24,000 nt of DNA from Clostridia bacterium (lineage in GTDB: Bacteria > Bacillota > Clostridia > Oscillospirales > Feifaniaceae). The notes beneath the pieces were generated by a model. That model made no database searches. It saw nothing but the letters and a program-made list of their open reading frames with translations, and was not told the origin of the DNA. The translations under genes and the position numbers were made by a program. The stretch lies in contig JAFWXR010000037.1 of the NCBI GenBank assembly GCA_017517965.1, positions 121,764-145,763 on the forward strand. The letters run 5' to 3'. Every line of letters begins with the position of its first letter. The first letter of the stretch is position 1. Of this stretch, positions 22,235 to 24,000 are shown in pieces.

Positions 22235-22990
22235 ATGGATAAAAATGCAAAAGTTATAGCGATAGCCTCGGGTAAGGGTGGCGTCGGAAAGACGACGGTT
22301 ACCGCATCACTCGCTCAGGCTCTTGCCGAGAGGGGAAATACGGTGCTTGCCATTGACGGTGACCTTGATTTTCGTAATCTTGACTTAATTATCGGGCTTG
22401 ACGGCTCGTTTGCTTACGATCTGGGTGACGTTGCACTGGGAAACTGTGTTTTAAACGACGCCATATACAAAAGCGCATTTGCCGACAACCTGTATTTTAT
22501 GGCAGGTACGGTTGAGGGTGAAGCAGAAAAGAGGGTGGACTCATCCGTTATCGGCAGGCTGCTTGACCATTTGAGACCGTATTACGACTATATCGTGGTG
22601 GACACCGCCGCAGGTATGGGTAAATCGTTTGAACTCTATACAAAAAATGCCGATACCGTAATAATCGTGACTACGCTGTATAAGCCGGCTATACGTGACG
22701 GTGAGAAAATTGCCGCCGAGATAGCAAAGGACGGTATACAGACTTATATGATAGTCAACAGCCTTGATGAAAGGCTGATTGAAAGCAAAAATGCCCCCAA
22801 CGTCGATGAGATTATCGACAGCGTCTGCGTAAAGCTTATCGGGCTTCTGCCCTGCGAAAGCAGACTCATAAGGTGGCAGAACGGCGGACTGTCCCCTATG
22901 GACCGTCGCTGTGAAATCAAAACGCAGATTGATGATATCGCTGCAAGAATTGAGGGTGAAAACAGACCTCTCAAAAAATTCTGGAAATAG
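22235..22990 (+). CDS. minD: MinD/ParA-family P-loop ATPase (MinD-like, no adjacent minC or minE)
   Basis: Deviant Walker [11 protein letters not shown], a [15 protein letters not shown] switch region closely resembling MinD DxDxGLRNLDLxxG, and a short basic/aromatic C-terminus (RPLKKFWK). Confidence 0.72.
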   Translation: MDKNAKVIAIASGKGGVGKTTVTASLAQALAERGNTVLAIDGDLDFRNLDLIIGLDGSFAYDLGDVALGNCVLNDAIYKSAFADNLYFMAGTVEGEAEKRVDSSVIGRLLDHLRPYYDYIVVDTAAGMGKSFELYTKNADTVIIVTTLYKPAIRDGEKIAAEIAKDGIQTYMIVNSLDERLIESKNAPNVDEIIDSVCVKLIGLLPCESRLIRWQNGGLSPMDRRCEIKTQIDDIAARIEGENRPLKKFWK

Positions 22991-23005
22991 AAAGGGAGTA
23001 AAACT

Positions 23006-23398
23006 ATGAATATTGCGCTTATCGCACACTCAAGCAGAAGAGAACTTCTCGTACAGTTCTGCACGGCATACTGCGGTATTCTCTCACAGCACTGTCTTTG
23101 TGCTTCGAGTGAGACGGGGTTTGCCATTCAGTCTGAAACGGGACTTGATATAGAAACCATTATCGCCGACAATGAGGGCGCTCTTGAGCAGATTGCCACA
23201 AGGGTCGCTTACAACGAGATTGACCTTGTTTTTTTCTTCCGTGACGTTATGGAAAACAGCGGAGATACGATTCTTAAGCTCTGCGACAAGAACATGATTC
23301 CCTTTGCTACCAATCTTGCAACGGCTGAAGTTCTTGTTCAGGGTCTTGCAAGAGGCGACCTTGACTGGCGTGACATTGTTAATCCGAAGGGGAAATAA
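23006..23398 (+). CDS. Methylglyoxal synthase-like (MGS-like) domain protein, predicted catalytically inactive
   Basis: MNIALIAHSSRRELLVQFCTAYCGIL ... IDLVFFFRD ... LCDKNMIPFATNLATAEVL aligns along its whole length with MgsA (IALVAHDxxK ... ATGTTG ... GPxGGDQQ ... IDxLIFFxDP ... HxPD ... NIPxATNxATA). The substrate and catalytic motifs are replaced. Confidence 0.7.
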   Translation: MNIALIAHSSRRELLVQFCTAYCGILSQHCLCASSETGFAIQSETGLDIETIIADNEGALEQIATRVAYNEIDLVFFFRDVMENSGDTILKLCDKNMIPFATNLATAEVLVQGLARGDLDWRDIVNPKGK

Positions 23399-23400
23399 AT

Positions 23401-24000
23401 ATGAATTTAATTACGAAAGTGCCTAAGGGCACTAAAGACATAATCGGGGCGGAAAGCGACAAGACGGTATGGCTTGAAGCACTGCTTCGTGACACGGTGC
23501 GTCCGTTTGGCTACGGCGAGGTGAGAACGCCCGTATTTGAACATACCGAACTTTTTGAGAGAGGTGTGGGGGACACCACCGACGTCGTTACCAAAGAAAT
23601 GTATACCTTTGAGGACAAGGGCGGAAGAAGCATTACGCTTCGTCCCGAGGGCACTGCAGGTGCGGTAAGGGCGTTTTTGGAGAGTGGTGCGTATGCAGGC
23701 ACTCTGCCCGTTCGTATGTACTATTTTGCAAATTGCTACCGCTACGAAAAACCGCAGGCTGGCAGATGGAGAGAGTTTGAACAGTTCGGTGTCGAAATGT
23801 TCGGCTCGAAGGAGCCGTATGCAGATGCCGAGGTTATAAGCATTCCCTACAGAATATTTGAAAAACTCGGTCTGCTTGAGTCCATTACGCTCAACATAAA
23901 TTCGATAGGCTGTCCCGAATGCAGACAGCATTATCAGAAGGCACTTTACGAGTATTTTTCATCCCATAAGGACAAGCTCTGCGAGACCTGTCTTACGAGG
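23401..24000 (+). CDS. hisS: Histidine--tRNA ligase, N-terminal 200 codons (3' end outside window)
   Basis: Absent from the ORF track because there is no stop in the window. ATG 23401 with SD aagggga. MNLITKVPKGTKDIIG, EVRTPVFEHTELFERGVG, motif 2 ITLRPEGTAGAVRA, and YYFANCYRYEKPQAGRWREFEQFGVEMFG. The 174-aa minus-strand ORF 23407..23931 is its antisense shadow. Confidence 0.93.
   Translation, partial: MNLITKVPKGTKDIIGAESDKTVWLEALLRDTVRPFGYGEVRTPVFEHTELFERGVGDTTDVVTKEMYTFEDKGGRSITLRPEGTAGAVRAFLESGAYAGTLPVRMYYFANCYRYEKPQAGRWREFEQFGVEMFGSKEPYADAEVISIPYRIFEKLGLLESITLNINSIGCPECRQHYQKALYEYFSSHKDKLCETCLTR

Noticed and set aside
23407-23931. 174-aa minus-strand ORF in the track
   Set aside because: It lies exactly antisense to an unmistakable hisS reading frame (RPEGTAGAVRA, YRYEKPQAGRWREFEQFG). 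That frame is missing from the track only because it has no stop in the window. The minus-strand product has no recognisable motifs.

Overview
The window looks like chromosomal core DNA from a Firmicute of the class Clostridia. I infer this only from gene content and order, since no database search was possible. Genes are tightly packed and most are recognisable.

Gene content in order:
- two tandem DUF21-CBS 'hemolysin-family' genes
- a PrsA-like lipoprotein PPIase (minus strand)
- rny (minus strand)
- an rnfCDGEAB operon
- a third DUF21-CBS gene (minus strand)
- an ECF S-component-like membrane protein
- nth and a DagK-family lipid kinase (minus strand)
- a long co-directional cluster: proA, zapA, U32 peptidase, maf, mreC, mreD, mrdA, minD-like, MGS-like, hisS (3' end outside the window)

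Observations worth a second look:
1. A short intergenic repeat family. Head-to-tail arrays of a 7-nt unit (ATTMCGM) sit directly against intrinsic terminators at six sites. At two convergent gaps, inverted arrays bracket AT-rich two-gene mini-cassettes of about 630 bp. One cassette carries an XRE regulator plus a 50-aa protein. The other carries an RHH regulator plus a 79-aa protein.
2. The rnf operon is intact and translationally coupled. However, several cofactor-binding signatures I know from canonical Rnf/Nqr subunits appear to be replaced in RnfC, RnfG, RnfA and RnfB.
3. The cell-shape cluster lacks mreB, minC, minE and rodA. It ends with an MGS-like protein that lacks the methylglyoxal synthase catalytic residues.

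No rRNA, tRNA, CRISPR array, transposase or integrase was seen. All family assignments rest on motif recognition by eye.
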